From the NCBI GenBank assembly GCA_000965745.1, contig CP009479.1, positions 1,792,001 through 1,856,000 of the forward strand: a DNA stretch of 64,000 nt, read 5' to 3'. This document shows positions 45,052 through 55,600 of the stretch, in pieces. The DNA is from an uncultured archaeon (GTDB lineage Archaea > Thermoplasmatota > Thermoplasmata > Thermoplasmatales > Thermoplasmataceae). Numbering within the stretch: the stretch's first letter is position 1; every line of letters starts with the position of its first letter. Made by a program: the position numbers and the translations under genes. The notes below the pieces were generated by a model. It did not search any database. It had not been told where the DNA came from and saw only the letters and a list, made by a program, of their open reading frames with translations.

Positions 45052-45402
45052 GTGTTGCTGGAAGACGGAGATTACTCAGATCTTGTTACGTACCTGACAG
45101 GGCTGTTCAGCATAAAGAAAATTCCCGAAGTGGCCATGGATCAGTACGGGATAAAATACAGTTCAGCTGTGATTCTGCAAGGGATGAGCGGGGACAGTGA
45201 GTATGAAATCACAAGGTACCCGGAGAAAGACGAAAGGGAGGCAGTCAAGATAATCAACCTGGAAGTCTCTGGAATAGTCCCGGATGTTACATGCAAAGTC
45301 TCGATTAACTGGGATTGGGTCAGCATCACCCCTGAGATTGATGAGAAGGATGCGACCGCGTTTGTTGACAAGCTCGACATGTCAACCTTCAGATATTTCT
45401 AA
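45052..45402 (+). CDS. Hypothetical protein
   Basis: 116-aa acidic ORF after an AGGAG SD. Confidence 0.65.
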   Translation: MLLEDGDYSDLVTYLTGLFSIKKIPEVAMDQYGIKYSSAVILQGMSGDSEYEITRYPEKDEREAVKIINLEVSGIVPDVTCKVSINWDWVSITPEIDEKDATAFVDKLDMSTFRYF

Positions 45403-45444
45403 GTGCTGTCACCAATAGAGATGCAGAAGAATATTGGGGTATGA

Positions 45445-46215
45445 GTGATGAAAGCCTGTATAATAACAATTGGCAATGAGATCCTTAAGGGCAGGACCGT
45501 AAACACAAATGCGGCTCATATTGGAAAGTTCCTGACCTCGCGAGGGTATGAAGTTGAGAGGGGCATTACTGTCAAGGACAACCTGGATGAGATCAAGTGG
45601 GCAATTGACGAATCTTTTGGCAAGTACGATATCATAGTCACCAGTGGCGGACTGGGCCCAACCTTTGATGACATGACCGTCGAGGGTGTTTCCAGGGCCC
45701 TAGGGCTGGAGCTTGTTGAAGACAGGGAAACGTTGGAAATCCTCTCCAAAAGATATAAGGAACTCAGTGCCGAGCTAACTCCGGAAAGGCTTAAGCTTGC
45801 GTATATCCCGGCAGGCTCACATGCGATCAGGAATCCCGTTGGAGCAGCGCCCGGTATATGGATCAGCGGCGGGAAATCGAGCATACTTGTCCTGCCAGGT
45901 GTGCCCAGGGAAATGGAGGCGATCCTGGACCAAGCTGACAGCCTGATCAACAAAAATGACAGATTCTATTATGAGGCCACTGAAAGACTGGCAGGCGTTA
46001 TGGAGAGCGCAATGGCCCCGATAGTCAACAGGATAATGGAAGAGCACGCCGGTGAGGTTTATGTCAAAACCCATCCGCTTAAATCAGAGACGAGAAATCC
46101 TGAAATCGATGTAGAGGTCTCCGCATACGCTGATTCAGCCGAAATGGCAGAGCAGGCAGTCAGGGATACCATAAGAGAAATCCTTGCAGAAGCCAGAAGG
46201 ATGGGAAAAAAATAG
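45445..46215 (+). CDS. CinA N-terminal/MoCF-binding domain protein (NMN-recycling related)
   Basis: IGNEILKG..NTN, SGGLGPTFDDMT, NPVGAAPG, LPGVPREM. Confidence 0.9.
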   Translation: MMKACIITIGNEILKGRTVNTNAAHIGKFLTSRGYEVERGITVKDNLDEIKWAIDESFGKYDIIVTSGGLGPTFDDMTVEGVSRALGLELVEDRETLEILSKRYKELSAELTPERLKLAYIPAGSHAIRNPVGAAPGIWISGGKSSILVLPGVPREMEAILDQADSLINKNDRFYYEATERLAGVMESAMAPIVNRIMEEHAGEVYVKTHPLKSETRNPEIDVEVSAYADSAEMAEQAVRDTIREILAEARRMGKK

Positions 46216-46237
46216 CTTCCAAAGCCGAATACGGCAC

Positions 46238-46597
46238 TTAACCTCTGAAAAACTCAGTCAGGTTTCTTTCAACAAACCAGTAGGATGGGCGGTAGTACTC
46301 CCAGAAGTACCTTTTCGGAACCGATATCCACCGGTTCCCGTTTAAGCTGACCGTGGCTTCAGCCCCTTTAAGATACTTTTTCAGATCCTCGAAAGAGGTG
46401 TCAACAAGAACTTCCCCCTTGCCGTCCCTGATACAAAGCGCTATCCTGCACTTTTTGCCATCAGAATCCCTGATGGTGTAGGAGTCTATTGTGAAAAGAA
46501 GGCCTTCCTCAAGCTCCACAAGCTCTATGCCACTGTTTCTGTAGAATTTCTTCAGCTCTTTTAGAATGTTGTCTTTATCTACAGGTAATGTTTCCAT
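46238..46597 (-). CDS. Hypothetical protein
   Basis: 119-aa ORF; no motif recognised. Confidence 0.6.
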   Translation of the reverse strand: METLPVDKDNILKELKKFYRNSGIELVELEEGLLFTIDSYTIRDSDGKKCRIALCIRDGKGEVLVDTSFEDLKKYLKGAEATVSLNGNRWISVPKRYFWEYYRPSYWFVERNLTEFFRG

Positions 46598-46693
46598 TCT
46601 ACCGCTCCGAAATGCCGGAACTGCTGATAACCTTTACCTTATCCTGCAACATTCCCCAGTCATTATCTGGCCAGGTACTCTGTATTCAGGCGG

Positions 46694-48706
46694 GTGAATG
46701 GAGACATGTACAGCTACGACAGAATCATTTCAAAGAACGGGAAGCCTTTTTACACCAAAGAAGGAATCGCCATTGGAGAAGACTACAGGAAACGCAGTAT
46801 AAGAATGCCTGAGCAGATGCTCGAAGGGCACCTGCTTATACTGGGGAAATCGGGAACTGGAAAATCGAACCTTATATTCAACCTGGTTAATCAAATCGGG
46901 GAGGTGGATGGCCCCAACATAATCCTGTTTGATCCCCATGGCACCCTTCTCAATGATGTGGTACTCTCAAATACCGGGAATGACTTGATCTATCTGTCAC
47001 CCGGCATCATCATGGAGGATGGCCGGGAAAGAGCAGTATCATTCAATACGATATCAACTGGAAGCGGAGAACAGGAGGACATTGACAGAACAACTGGCTG
47101 GTTGAGAGATATGATGGCAAATGAGGAGGCGTTCTCCAACGGGTCGTGGGGGCCGAGGCTTGAAGTGATCTTCAGGGTCGTTCTTGCAGAGCTCATACGG
47201 CAACATGATGGGGCTAATCTCGAATATCTTGCGCAAACGCTGACCAGCAGGCAGAATATGAAGAATTTTATTTCTTCAGTGAGCGATGAATCAACCAGGA
47301 AATTTCTGGAGGGGCAGTACCAGGACTGGAAAAGCTGGACCCAGTATATTTCCAGCACAATGAACAGGCTGCTGCCGTTGCTCTCGACACCCTCCACCAA
47401 GTACCTAATCTCCGGGAAGGAAGATTCTGTCGATCTCTATAAGGAACTGAAAAGAGGGAACAGCCTTGTTGCATTGAACATCTCAAAATCCTCGTTTTCA
47501 GATGAGGTAATCAAGATCGTATCCTCGCTGTTTCTTATGAAAATCTGGACCAGCATCCTTGATGGTTTCAGGAAAACGCATGAGAAAATAAGCACTTATG
47601 TCATTATTGACGAATTCCAGTCCATTCCGGCTGCAATCATCGAGAATCTTCTCCGGGAGGGAAGAAAGTTCGGTATTAGGGTCATACTCGCTTCACAGTA
47701 CATTGATTCAGGGTCCGAGCAACTCATGCAGGCAGTCTTTGGAAATGTCAGAAATTACATATCATTCAATCTCTCCGATAGAGATGCAGGATATTTTGCA
47801 AGAATGGCTCCAAATGGAGGAAGATCAAAGGAGCTCGCCGAGACCGTTAAGGAGCAGAAGCTGCATAGAGCTGTCATCATCTCCCAAACCCGGGAAGGCC
47901 CAGCTGGCCCACTTTCGTTCACACCGTTTTTTGAAGAACCGGCCCGGAACTATGAGAAGGTGGAGAAAATGAAGCGGGAGAGCATGATCAGATATTCTGC
48001 TGATATCGTGAAAGAAGCCCCACAAACCATAAACAGGTCCTTGCATGAAAAGATAATTGACACACTGGAATCAGTTCTTGGAAAGAATGGAATAGAAATA
48101 TCGAGATCAACCAGGATCAACGGATCCATAGCTGATGCATCTTTTCACTACTCAGGAAATGAGTACATTGTTGAGGTTGAGGTTTCTGATGTTTCGAGGA
48201 AGTCAAGGGTCCTCTCAAAACTGAAGAGTTATCCGGGGAAAAATATCATTCTCGTCTGCCCGCAGGGGCAGGGTGAGGTGATCCATTCCATGATATCTGA
48301 CCCCACGAGGTACCGCGTAAAGAATGGCTTTGTTGTGGAGTTTCCGCTTTCAGATGGCGGAAGGGATATCTATGCGAGGGATGTTGCCCCGTCGATCAAG
48401 AATACCTGGATTCTGGAATATTGTGACAACGGGTTAAAATCATACTGGAACGGGAAAGGCAGGAGGTTCCTTCTGAAACACCTTCTTGAAGCTCCCACCT
48501 TCCAACGGGAACTGAACAACGGAGAATATGCGGAAGCAAAAAACTACCTTTTCAGGCTTATGCTGTCAAGTGAAACATTTGCCTTGAAGAAGAGGGATGT
48601 AATTGATAACGGTGTTATCAAGAAAGCCTTCATGAATGAGTTCATCAGAAAAAACTGTGAGAAGGAGTCAGAATTCGTTTTCATGAAAGATTTGTTCGGG
48701 GATTGA
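46694..48706 (+). CDS. HerA/FtsK-superfamily (DUF87/VirD4-like) ATPase with C-terminal PD-(D/E)xK-like domain
   Basis: HLLILGKSGTGKS, FDPHG, WGPRL, IIDEFQ, REGRKFG..LASQ; C-terminal H..I...ADASF..IVEVE. Confidence 0.85.
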   Translation: MNGDMYSYDRIISKNGKPFYTKEGIAIGEDYRKRSIRMPEQMLEGHLLILGKSGTGKSNLIFNLVNQIGEVDGPNIILFDPHGTLLNDVVLSNTGNDLIYLSPGIIMEDGRERAVSFNTISTGSGEQEDIDRTTGWLRDMMANEEAFSNGSWGPRLEVIFRVVLAELIRQHDGANLEYLAQTLTSRQNMKNFISSVSDESTRKFLEGQYQDWKSWTQYISSTMNRLLPLLSTPSTKYLISGKEDSVDLYKELKRGNSLVALNISKSSFSDEVIKIVSSLFLMKIWTSILDGFRKTHEKISTYVIIDEFQSIPAAIIENLLREGRKFGIRVILASQYIDSGSEQLMQAVFGNVRNYISFNLSDRDAGYFARMAPNGGRSKELAETVKEQKLHRAVIISQTREGPAGPLSFTPFFEEPARNYEKVEKMKRESMIRYSADIVKEAPQTINRSLHEKIIDTLESVLGKNGIEISRSTRINGSIADASFHYSGNEYIVEVEVSDVSRKSRVLSKLKSYPGKNIILVCPQGQGEVIHSMISDPTRYRVKNGFVVEFPLSDGGRDIYARDVAPSIKNTWILEYCDNGLKSYWNGKGRRFLLKHLLEAPTFQRELNNGEYAEAKNYLFRLMLSSETFALKKRDVIDNGVIKKAFMNEFIRKNCEKESEFVFMKDLFGD

Positions 48707-48709
48707 GGT

Positions 48710-49684
48710 CTATAATTCAACCCATTTCCCGATATAATCACCCTCAAAGGCTGCATTTACTGTTTTTACAACCGCAAGTCCATCATTGCCATCAGCAATC
48801 TCAGTTTTTTCCCCCCTTGTAGCTGCAACGAAAGCTCGAATCTCATCTTCATACATATTACCAGAGTCGAAGGACTTCACTTTCTTTCCATTCAGTTCTA
48901 AAACCGATCCTTTTACGTCCGTGCCAAAGAAATTATTAACAACAACCGTACCTTCGGCACCGAAAATTTTCAAACTATTGTCAGGAGTTCGGATATCCCT
49001 GGAAGATAAGGAAAAACCGGCAAATTTCCCATAATCCATATGAACAGTCTCAGTTATGTCGATTACCTTTTTTTTGGGAAATCTTGAAGAAGTCACTCTT
49101 TTGGGTAGCGAATTTGTCGTATAATTTAGAGTGTCTATGACATGCACACCACTACCCATTACGGACCCCCCACCAACCTTCTCATCATCATCCCACCATT
49201 TGCTCCTCGGGTCTTCGTGAATCATGGGTGACTGCCATGCCCAGGAACCCATTACAAATACTATTTTCCCCACATCACCTTTTCTGATGATTTCCTTTAC
49301 AATTTTCATTGCAGGGTGAAATCGCATATGGAACCCTACTGACAGATTCAGATTTTTTCTATTTGCTGTTCTTACGAGTTCTTCGGCATCTGAGTTCTTG
49401 AGAGTCATTGGTTTCTCGAGAAGTACGTGTTTTCCCCTTGAAAGTGATTTCATCGCGTGCTCAAAGTGAAGAAAATTTGGAGAAGATATGTAGACTGATT
49501 CAAAATCCCCTGCAAAGAATGTTTCAAGGTCATCGTAGGGTTTGGAAAGGTATTTGAGCCCTATATCTTTTGCATTCTGGATATCCCTGCTATAAATGGC
49601 ACTAACCTCATGTCCGGCCTTAACAATTGCAGGCATTACTTTGTTCCTGGCATGTTTTCCTGCCGATATGATTCCGAACTTCAT
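48710..49684 (-). CDS. Gfo/Idh/MocA family oxidoreductase
   Basis: GIISAG, SPNFLH, HVLLEKP, GFHMRFHP, GGG..G.H.ID. Confidence 0.92.
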   Translation of the reverse strand: MKFGIISAGKHARNKVMPAIVKAGHEVSAIYSRDIQNAKDIGLKYLSKPYDDLETFFAGDFESVYISSPNFLHFEHAMKSLSRGKHVLLEKPMTLKNSDAEELVRTANRKNLNLSVGFHMRFHPAMKIVKEIIRKGDVGKIVFVMGSWAWQSPMIHEDPRSKWWDDDEKVGGGSVMGSGVHVIDTLNYTTNSLPKRVTSSRFPKKKVIDITETVHMDYGKFAGFSLSSRDIRTPDNSLKIFGAEGTVVVNNFFGTDVKGSVLELNGKKVKSFDSGNMYEDEIRAFVAATRGEKTEIADGNDGLAVVKTVNAAFEGDYIGKWVEL

Positions 49685-49780
49685 AAGTTGCATAATTGAA
49701 CAAAGTTAAAATTATTTTTTAAGACTACAGTATGAGGTGATAAACTGGACCCACGACTAGCAAATCTTCCTTTCATTCCA

Positions 49781-50671
49781 TTGTTGCCCAACGAACATAG
49801 AATTATCAATATATCCATTAGGAATTCATTGGATGTTCGCCCATCAATAAGGTTCTTCGTTATAGACAAGGGAAAGGTGTTCAGAGTCAAGGAGTTTTTC
49901 CTGGATTGGTTTTACACTGGTTTTCCAAAGAGCCTTATGAAATCATTGGTAGATACTTACGACCCAATCGAGTCTTTTCTTATGGACGGGAAAATCTGCT
50001 ACTTCGGAAGAGATTACAAAGGGAGAAATTCAGTCTCATTCTACTGGCAAGGCACTAGCGTTGAAATAGAGTGTTTTCAGGAAGCAGAGATGCAGGATTT
50101 TGAGAATGTTTTAAAAGACCTAAATGCAGAATCAGATTTTGTAAATAGTTTGGCAAATAAAGGATTTTTAGATCGTTCTTTTCTGGCTTCTGGAGGAAAC
50201 GACAACTGGTGGGAGGCCCAAAGGATCAGTCGTATGAAATGGGTGAAGTTATGTGAAACGAGCAAGCAATCAGTATCGGGAAGAAGCCTGAGGTTGGACT
50301 CTTTTGGAAACTATCTGGGGCACGACGGAACAACCAATAGTATATTGATATTATCTGACAAATTGTACAGTTCTGTAGTGTGGGTAGACTTGCTGGATTT
50401 GAGCAGTTTAATAGACCATGGATATTACAAATTCAGAAAAGTTGTGGGGATATTTGATTTGTTTGAAGACGATCCAAACTTCCTTTGTCATAGGTCCCCT
50501 TATGGCCCAAGTATTCTTCAGGCGAGTATGTTTGGAAAAAAATGTACCATTTCATTGACCCCAGACTTTAATTTTAGAGATCTGAAAGTGGTTTCACGTC
50601 ACACTGAAGAACTAATCTCACTGGCTTTAAATGAACAAGAGAAACTTTATAAAGAAAATAAATTATTTTAA
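49781..50671 (+). CDS. Hypothetical protein (possible CTG start at 49745)
   Basis: 296-aa AT-rich ORF; SD GAGGTGA precedes an in-frame CTG at 49745. Confidence 0.7.
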   Translation: MLPNEHRIINISIRNSLDVRPSIRFFVIDKGKVFRVKEFFLDWFYTGFPKSLMKSLVDTYDPIESFLMDGKICYFGRDYKGRNSVSFYWQGTSVEIECFQEAEMQDFENVLKDLNAESDFVNSLANKGFLDRSFLASGGNDNWWEAQRISRMKWVKLCETSKQSVSGRSLRLDSFGNYLGHDGTTNSILILSDKLYSSVVWVDLLDLSSLIDHGYYKFRKVVGIFDLFEDDPNFLCHRSPYGPSILQASMFGKKCTISLTPDFNFRDLKVVSRHTEELISLALNEQEKLYKENKLF

Positions 50672-50699
50672 AAATGTATTGTCCCATCCGTTCAAAAAC

Positions 50700-51974
50700 C
50701 TAAGATGGGGAAAAATTCTCTTTTAATTTTGGTTTCTCTCTTAAAGGGATTGAGAGGAACACACATGCTGCCGCAGGTATTATTACAACGTAGGTTATCG
50801 CTCCGAGCCAACCTATCGAACCAACCAGACCACCTACTATGAAGCCAGATGCGAACCCAGTTCCATAATAGGCACTCATCGCAATTCCCGATATGATGGG
50901 GATGTTCCTGTGCTTCACGGAGTTTTGAAGCGACGCTAGCACATTAGTAAATGCAAAAGCACTGGTGGAGACACCGAATATTGCAGCTACAAGCAATGCT
51001 TCTGTTACACTTACATTTGTACCAAATATTATAAAAGACGCGACAACCTCTCCAATTGAACCTATCAATATAGGCCATATTCTGTTAACACGGTCTCCGA
51101 ATTGTCCCCCTAATACTGCTAGAATGAATCCTATTCCGATTATTCCGGAAACACCCGCTGACTCTACAACAGTAAAACCAACACTCTGAAGGTATGATGA
51201 AAGTAGTACTAGCCAGGGCCACTGAATCAATCCAAGCAGTGCCATTATGATGATCCCGAAGATTGACCGAGTACTGAATACTCCCGACAGCCTTTCTCTC
51301 GTCAAAGGAACCTTTTCTTCATCTAAATCAACTCTGGGCTTAAGAAATTCTTTTGAAGCTTTGGGAAAAGTCAGCAGAATATAAGCAGCTACCATAACCA
51401 CAAATCCAAGAATTCCGGCGATCACCAAAGTCAATCTCCAAGATGACGTACTAGTAAACAAAAGCGCATATATCACTGGACCAGTAAACACACCGATTCC
51501 CTGCAGAAGATTTACCACACCAATTGCAGTTCCCCTAAATCGTCTGGACATCATTCCAACTATAGAGAGAGCTACTGGGAAGAAAAACGCTTCACCAACT
51601 CCCGTGATGGTTCTTGAAGCGAAAATTTGTTCAGAATTTTGACTAATCCCAGTAAGAACGGTAAAAAGTGAAAAGATTCCGATCCCAAGCATTAGAGTGT
51701 TTCTTAATCCCAATTTACGTGATACAAACCCGCTTGCAGGAGCAGCAATAAACTGACCTAACGCGAAAATGGTTGCAAGCCCACCAGCCAAAACAAATGG
51801 CAAACCTAAACCAATAAAGAGTGGCCTTAGAATTACACCAAACCCAATCCGATCAGCCCAGTAGAAAACTGAGGGAAAACCTACAGCGACTGCAACTACG
51901 ATCCAACCATAGGCAGCAAATGCCGTACCGGATTCATTCTTTTTAGCCAATCTTTCTTTTTCAATATCTTCCAT
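50700..51974 (-). CDS. MFS transporter
   Basis: 12 TM; WADR, G..SRKLG.R, RTITGVGEA, GDRVNR. Confidence 0.92.
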   Translation of the reverse strand: MEDIEKERLAKKNESGTAFAAYGWIVVAVAVGFPSVFYWADRIGFGVILRPLFIGLGLPFVLAGGLATIFALGQFIAAPASGFVSRKLGLRNTLMLGIGIFSLFTVLTGISQNSEQIFASRTITGVGEAFFFPVALSIVGMMSRRFRGTAIGVVNLLQGIGVFTGPVIYALLFTSTSSWRLTLVIAGILGFVVMVAAYILLTFPKASKEFLKPRVDLDEEKVPLTRERLSGVFSTRSIFGIIIMALLGLIQWPWLVLLSSYLQSVGFTVVESAGVSGIIGIGFILAVLGGQFGDRVNRIWPILIGSIGEVVASFIIFGTNVSVTEALLVAAIFGVSTSAFAFTNVLASLQNSVKHRNIPIISGIAMSAYYGTGFASGFIVGGLVGSIGWLGAITYVVIIPAAACVFLSIPLREKPKLKENFSPS

Positions 51975-52263
51975 TATTTAAAACCCATGAATAAATGGGA
52001 TTACTAACTATTAAATCTTTTGTACTACAAATCACTTGACCAAAATACTTAAATAATTTAATACGAATAAAGAATTTGTAATATTACACAATTTGATTCA
52101 TTTAAGTCAAGTGATATTAGGTCTTAGATAGAAGTCTGTTAATTTAATCTTCGAGAGAGTTTATATAAATATTTGTGTGGTTATGTATTAAAGTCTTCCT
52201 GCTTTTCAATATTACAAAAAATGCTGAACAGCAAATATTTAATATCATATCCAATCAGATACC

Positions 52264-53247
52264 ATGGTTCTATACTTATCTAACGAAGATGTGCAGAAAG
52301 CTGTGGGGATAGACGATCTTGTCAAGAATGTAAGAACTGCACTTATGGATTACGGGCTTAAAAGGGCACAAAATTCTCGCCGCCATACCCTATCATTGGA
52401 AGGTGGTATTTTTAGGAATATGATGGCAGTGATTCCTGCACTAGAGGTTGTTGGACTGAAGGAAGGTATGTGGAAATCAAGTGAAAAAGAAGGAAGGACA
52501 AAAGATGTAGAGAGGAACACTGAATTGGTATGCCTTTATTCTTTAAAAGAGGAAAAACTCCTGTCAATAATAAAATCTCATCGGTTGAATGAATTGCGCA
52601 CTGCCGCGGGAAGCGCGATAGCTACTGAATTGTTATCCAGAAACAATTCTACTACTTTAGGGATAATAGGAACAGGACCACATGCATTTGCTCATCTGGA
52701 AGTCCTTCAAAGGATTAAACCGTTTAAATCATACAGAGTATATAGCAGGAAGCCTGAAAATAGGAAGGCATTCATAAATAAAGCTCAGACAATGTTTGAT
52801 TCTGTTGAGTCAGTCAACTGTAATAGTGCCGAAGAAGTCTTAGAATACTCTGATGTAATAGTGGAGGCCACATACTCAAGAGACCCTGTGATAAAAGGTG
52901 ATTTCATTCAAGATGGGACACATATAAATTCAATAGGGTCGAGTTTTGGTGGGAAGCAGGTCTTGGACGATACTTTGTTGCGCAAAATGTCTCGGATGGT
53001 AGTTGATTTTAAAGAGCAGTCTCTTTATGATAATTCAGGCGATATAATTGGTCCCGTATCAAAGAACATCATAGCATATCCAGATATTGATGAGCTTGGT
53101 CAATTAGTGGCAGGAGTGAGAGAAGCTAGAATTTCAAATGATGAGGTAACTGTATACAAGTCACTAGGCATGGGTTTGTTTGATGTTGCAGCAGCATTCT
53201 CTGTTTACGCTTCTGCAATTAAAGAAGGTATTGGTAGGGAGATATAG
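52264..53247 (+). CDS. Ornithine cyclodeaminase/mu-crystallin (ketimine reductase) family protein
   Basis: LRTAAGSAIA, IIGTG, HINSIG, YKSLGMGLFD. Confidence 0.9.
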   Translation: MVLYLSNEDVQKAVGIDDLVKNVRTALMDYGLKRAQNSRRHTLSLEGGIFRNMMAVIPALEVVGLKEGMWKSSEKEGRTKDVERNTELVCLYSLKEEKLLSIIKSHRLNELRTAAGSAIATELLSRNNSTTLGIIGTGPHAFAHLEVLQRIKPFKSYRVYSRKPENRKAFINKAQTMFDSVESVNCNSAEEVLEYSDVIVEATYSRDPVIKGDFIQDGTHINSIGSSFGGKQVLDDTLLRKMSRMVVDFKEQSLYDNSGDIIGPVSKNIIAYPDIDELGQLVAGVREARISNDEVTVYKSLGMGLFDVAAAFSVYASAIKEGIGREI

Positions 53248-53263
53248 AGAAATCGGAACTATC

Positions 53264-54733
53264 TTAAGTATCTGGACCTCTATTCCTTTGTTTTAAAGCT
53301 AAATCTATTTTCGAGATAGCCGCTTTCCTTATCTCCTCTGGAAACTCGAGGAAATCAGATACAGGTGGAACTTCACCTTCCTTGAACCATGCGGGAAATC
53401 TGCAGTCAATTATCACTTTTGCTAGCCCCCTTCTCTGCTTGATCAGAGACGGATCCCTTCCTTGCGGTATCAACCCAGCGAAATCATAGAAGTTCGGAAT
53501 AACAGTAATGTCCCTATCGGGCTTACACCTAGTGCACATTGCCCATATAACTTCGTTAAGATTTGTTATATCAATATCTTTATTGACTATAACTACCCAG
53601 TCAGCACCTGCTCCGACCTTAGTTCCCCAAAGTGCAGAAGCTACGTGTTTGTCGTGGCCGGGGTATGGATTTCCATCAGTGGCTATAACCACTAAGTGAT
53701 TTGAAGGAGACCATGGGTGGTAAGCAATATCTACAACTGCTGGAATTCCAAGATCATCTATTAGAGCTTTTCTACTAAGTGCACTATTGCCAACTGACAT
53801 TATAATGTGGTCTTCAACAATTGGTTTTCCTTCCAGTGTCCCTGTATTAATAGGAGAGTCCCTATGGGTTATGCATTTAACATCAAAAACAGGTCTTTCC
53901 TGAATGCCGCCAGCGTAATATCCTATATACTCACCAAATGGGCCCTCAGTTCTAAGCTTATGTGGGTCAATTTCTCCCTCCAACACTATTTCAGCGCTTG
54001 CGGGAACTTCTAAATCCAATGTTTCGCATTTCACCATTTCCAGGGGTTTTTCGCGAAGTGCTCCTGCCATTTCAAGTTCATTGACATTAAATGTATACCT
54101 TCCACACGAGGCAAGAACCACCGAGGGGTCAACTCCTATGGCAACCGCCGCAGGCATTGGTTTGTTAAGCATCTTGTATTTCTTGAAATGATAACCTATG
54201 TGTTGCGCCGGAACAATGAACATTCCAGTGCTGGTTGGATCATGTATCATCATTCTGTAAACGCCCATGTTAGTCCAGTCAGTTTCAGGGTCTTTGGTTA
54301 TGACACAACCAAAGGTTCCAATAAATTTGCCTCCGTCCCGAGGGTTCCACTTAGGCGTAGGGAACTTATATAAGTCCACTTCTTCATCCTTGAGAATGTT
54401 TTCCTTGACTGGGCCGGAACTAACAATTTTAGGCGGAATTGGTTTTTTAATCCGTTCGTAGTACGTTTTAATGATCTCTTTTACGTCAGTATCGGCGGGT
54501 AGCCCAAGAGCGATGGCATATCTTCGATACGTGGATACCATTCCTGAAAAGAATTTGTAATCTGAACCGTACCCCTTTAATTTGTTGAACATGATTGCAG
54601 GTCCTCCAATGTCAAACGTCCTCCTAGTTATTGCTCCTACCTCTAGATCGGGGTCCACCTCCTCATTTATTTCTAGAATCTCGTTTGTAACCCTGAGCTT
54701 ATCGATGAACTGTCGCAAGTCATTGAATGCCAT
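53264..54733 (-). CDS. UbiD-family prFMN-dependent decarboxylase
   Basis: DLRQFI, DGG.F, NMGVYR, VPASAEIVLEG, EGPFGEYIGYY, VIWAMCTR. Confidence 0.93.
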   Translation of the reverse strand: MAFNDLRQFIDKLRVTNEILEINEEVDPDLEVGAITRRTFDIGGPAIMFNKLKGYGSDYKFFSGMVSTYRRYAIALGLPADTDVKEIIKTYYERIKKPIPPKIVSSGPVKENILKDEEVDLYKFPTPKWNPRDGGKFIGTFGCVITKDPETDWTNMGVYRMMIHDPTSTGMFIVPAQHIGYHFKKYKMLNKPMPAAVAIGVDPSVVLASCGRYTFNVNELEMAGALREKPLEMVKCETLDLEVPASAEIVLEGEIDPHKLRTEGPFGEYIGYYAGGIQERPVFDVKCITHRDSPINTGTLEGKPIVEDHIIMSVGNSALSRKALIDDLGIPAVVDIAYHPWSPSNHLVVIATDGNPYPGHDKHVASALWGTKVGAGADWVVIVNKDIDITNLNEVIWAMCTRCKPDRDITVIPNFYDFAGLIPQGRDPSLIKQRRGLAKVIIDCRFPAWFKEGEVPPVSDFLEFPEEIRKAAISKIDLALKQRNRGPDT

Positions 54734-54916
54734 ACCTGTCAAACATTACTCGAATATATATTCTTTTTGTAATTTCTATAACCAAACATCAAAAATTTTC
54801 TATGGGCTACTTTAAGCCAATGAGTAATCCGACCCATATCACAACTTTCCAGAGAGCCAACCAATTTGTGGAAATGGAATAGATCTCTTTTTGGTGGTGG
54901 TGAACCCTTCATATAA

Positions 54917-55600
54917 CTAATGGAATCTGTTAGCTTGATGCTTGACCTTCCACAGTACGTCTATAAATTGCTTTCTACTTAGTCTTCCAGTGTTGACGTT
55001 TCTCGGGCTGGGGTGGTAGCAGCATACTTCCTTGAATTTCCCATAGTCATACACCTCTCCGTGCACAAATTTCTTCCCCCTGGTATCAAAACCTTTCTTC
55101 CTGAGGTATTTATTGAAACCAGTATGAGCCACGGTTCCAAGTGTAAGTACAACTTTGAGGTTTGACATTGAGTCAATCTCAAATTCAAGATACTCCGAAC
55201 AGTTATTTATCTCCTCACCTGCGGGCTTATCGTTAGGGGGAACACACTTCAGGACAGCAGTTATGTATGTATCGTAATATTCAAGCCCGTCGTCTATAGA
55301 TGTCGAAGTAGGAATGTTCGATATTCCCACCTCATGCAGGCAGGATACCAGAAAATCCGAGCTTTTATCGCCGGTGAAGACTCTCCCAGTCCTGTTGCCT
55401 CCAGTGGCGGCGGGAGCAAGTCCAAGGACAAGGATGCTGCCGGATATATCCCCAAATCCAGGGACGGGCCTGGACCAGAAATTCTCGCCAGCGTATCTTG
55501 AATTCCTCCCGGATACTTCCTCGCGAAACCTGACCAGCCTGTCGCATTTTCTGCACTCTATCAGCTTCTTGTTGAACTCCTGCATGTTTTTGTATTTCAA
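54917..55600 (-). CDS. udgB: Uracil-DNA glycosylase family 5
   Basis: CRKC.RL, GLAPAATGGNRTGRVFTGD.S, KCVPP..KP, YHPSPRN. Confidence 0.9.
   Translation of the reverse strand: MKYKNMQEFNKKLIECRKCDRLVRFREEVSGRNSRYAGENFWSRPVPGFGDISGSILVLGLAPAATGGNRTGRVFTGDKSSDFLVSCLHEVGISNIPTSTSIDDGLEYYDTYITAVLKCVPPNDKPAGEEINNCSEYLEFEIDSMSNLKVVLTLGTVAHTGFNKYLRKKGFDTRGKKFVHGEVYDYGKFKEVCCYHPSPRNVNTGRLSRKQFIDVLWKVKHQANRFH

Noticed and set aside
46694-48706. Canonical HerA of the herA-mre11-rad50-nurA repair operon
   Set aside because: No N-terminal HAS barrel evident and none of the partner genes is adjacent.
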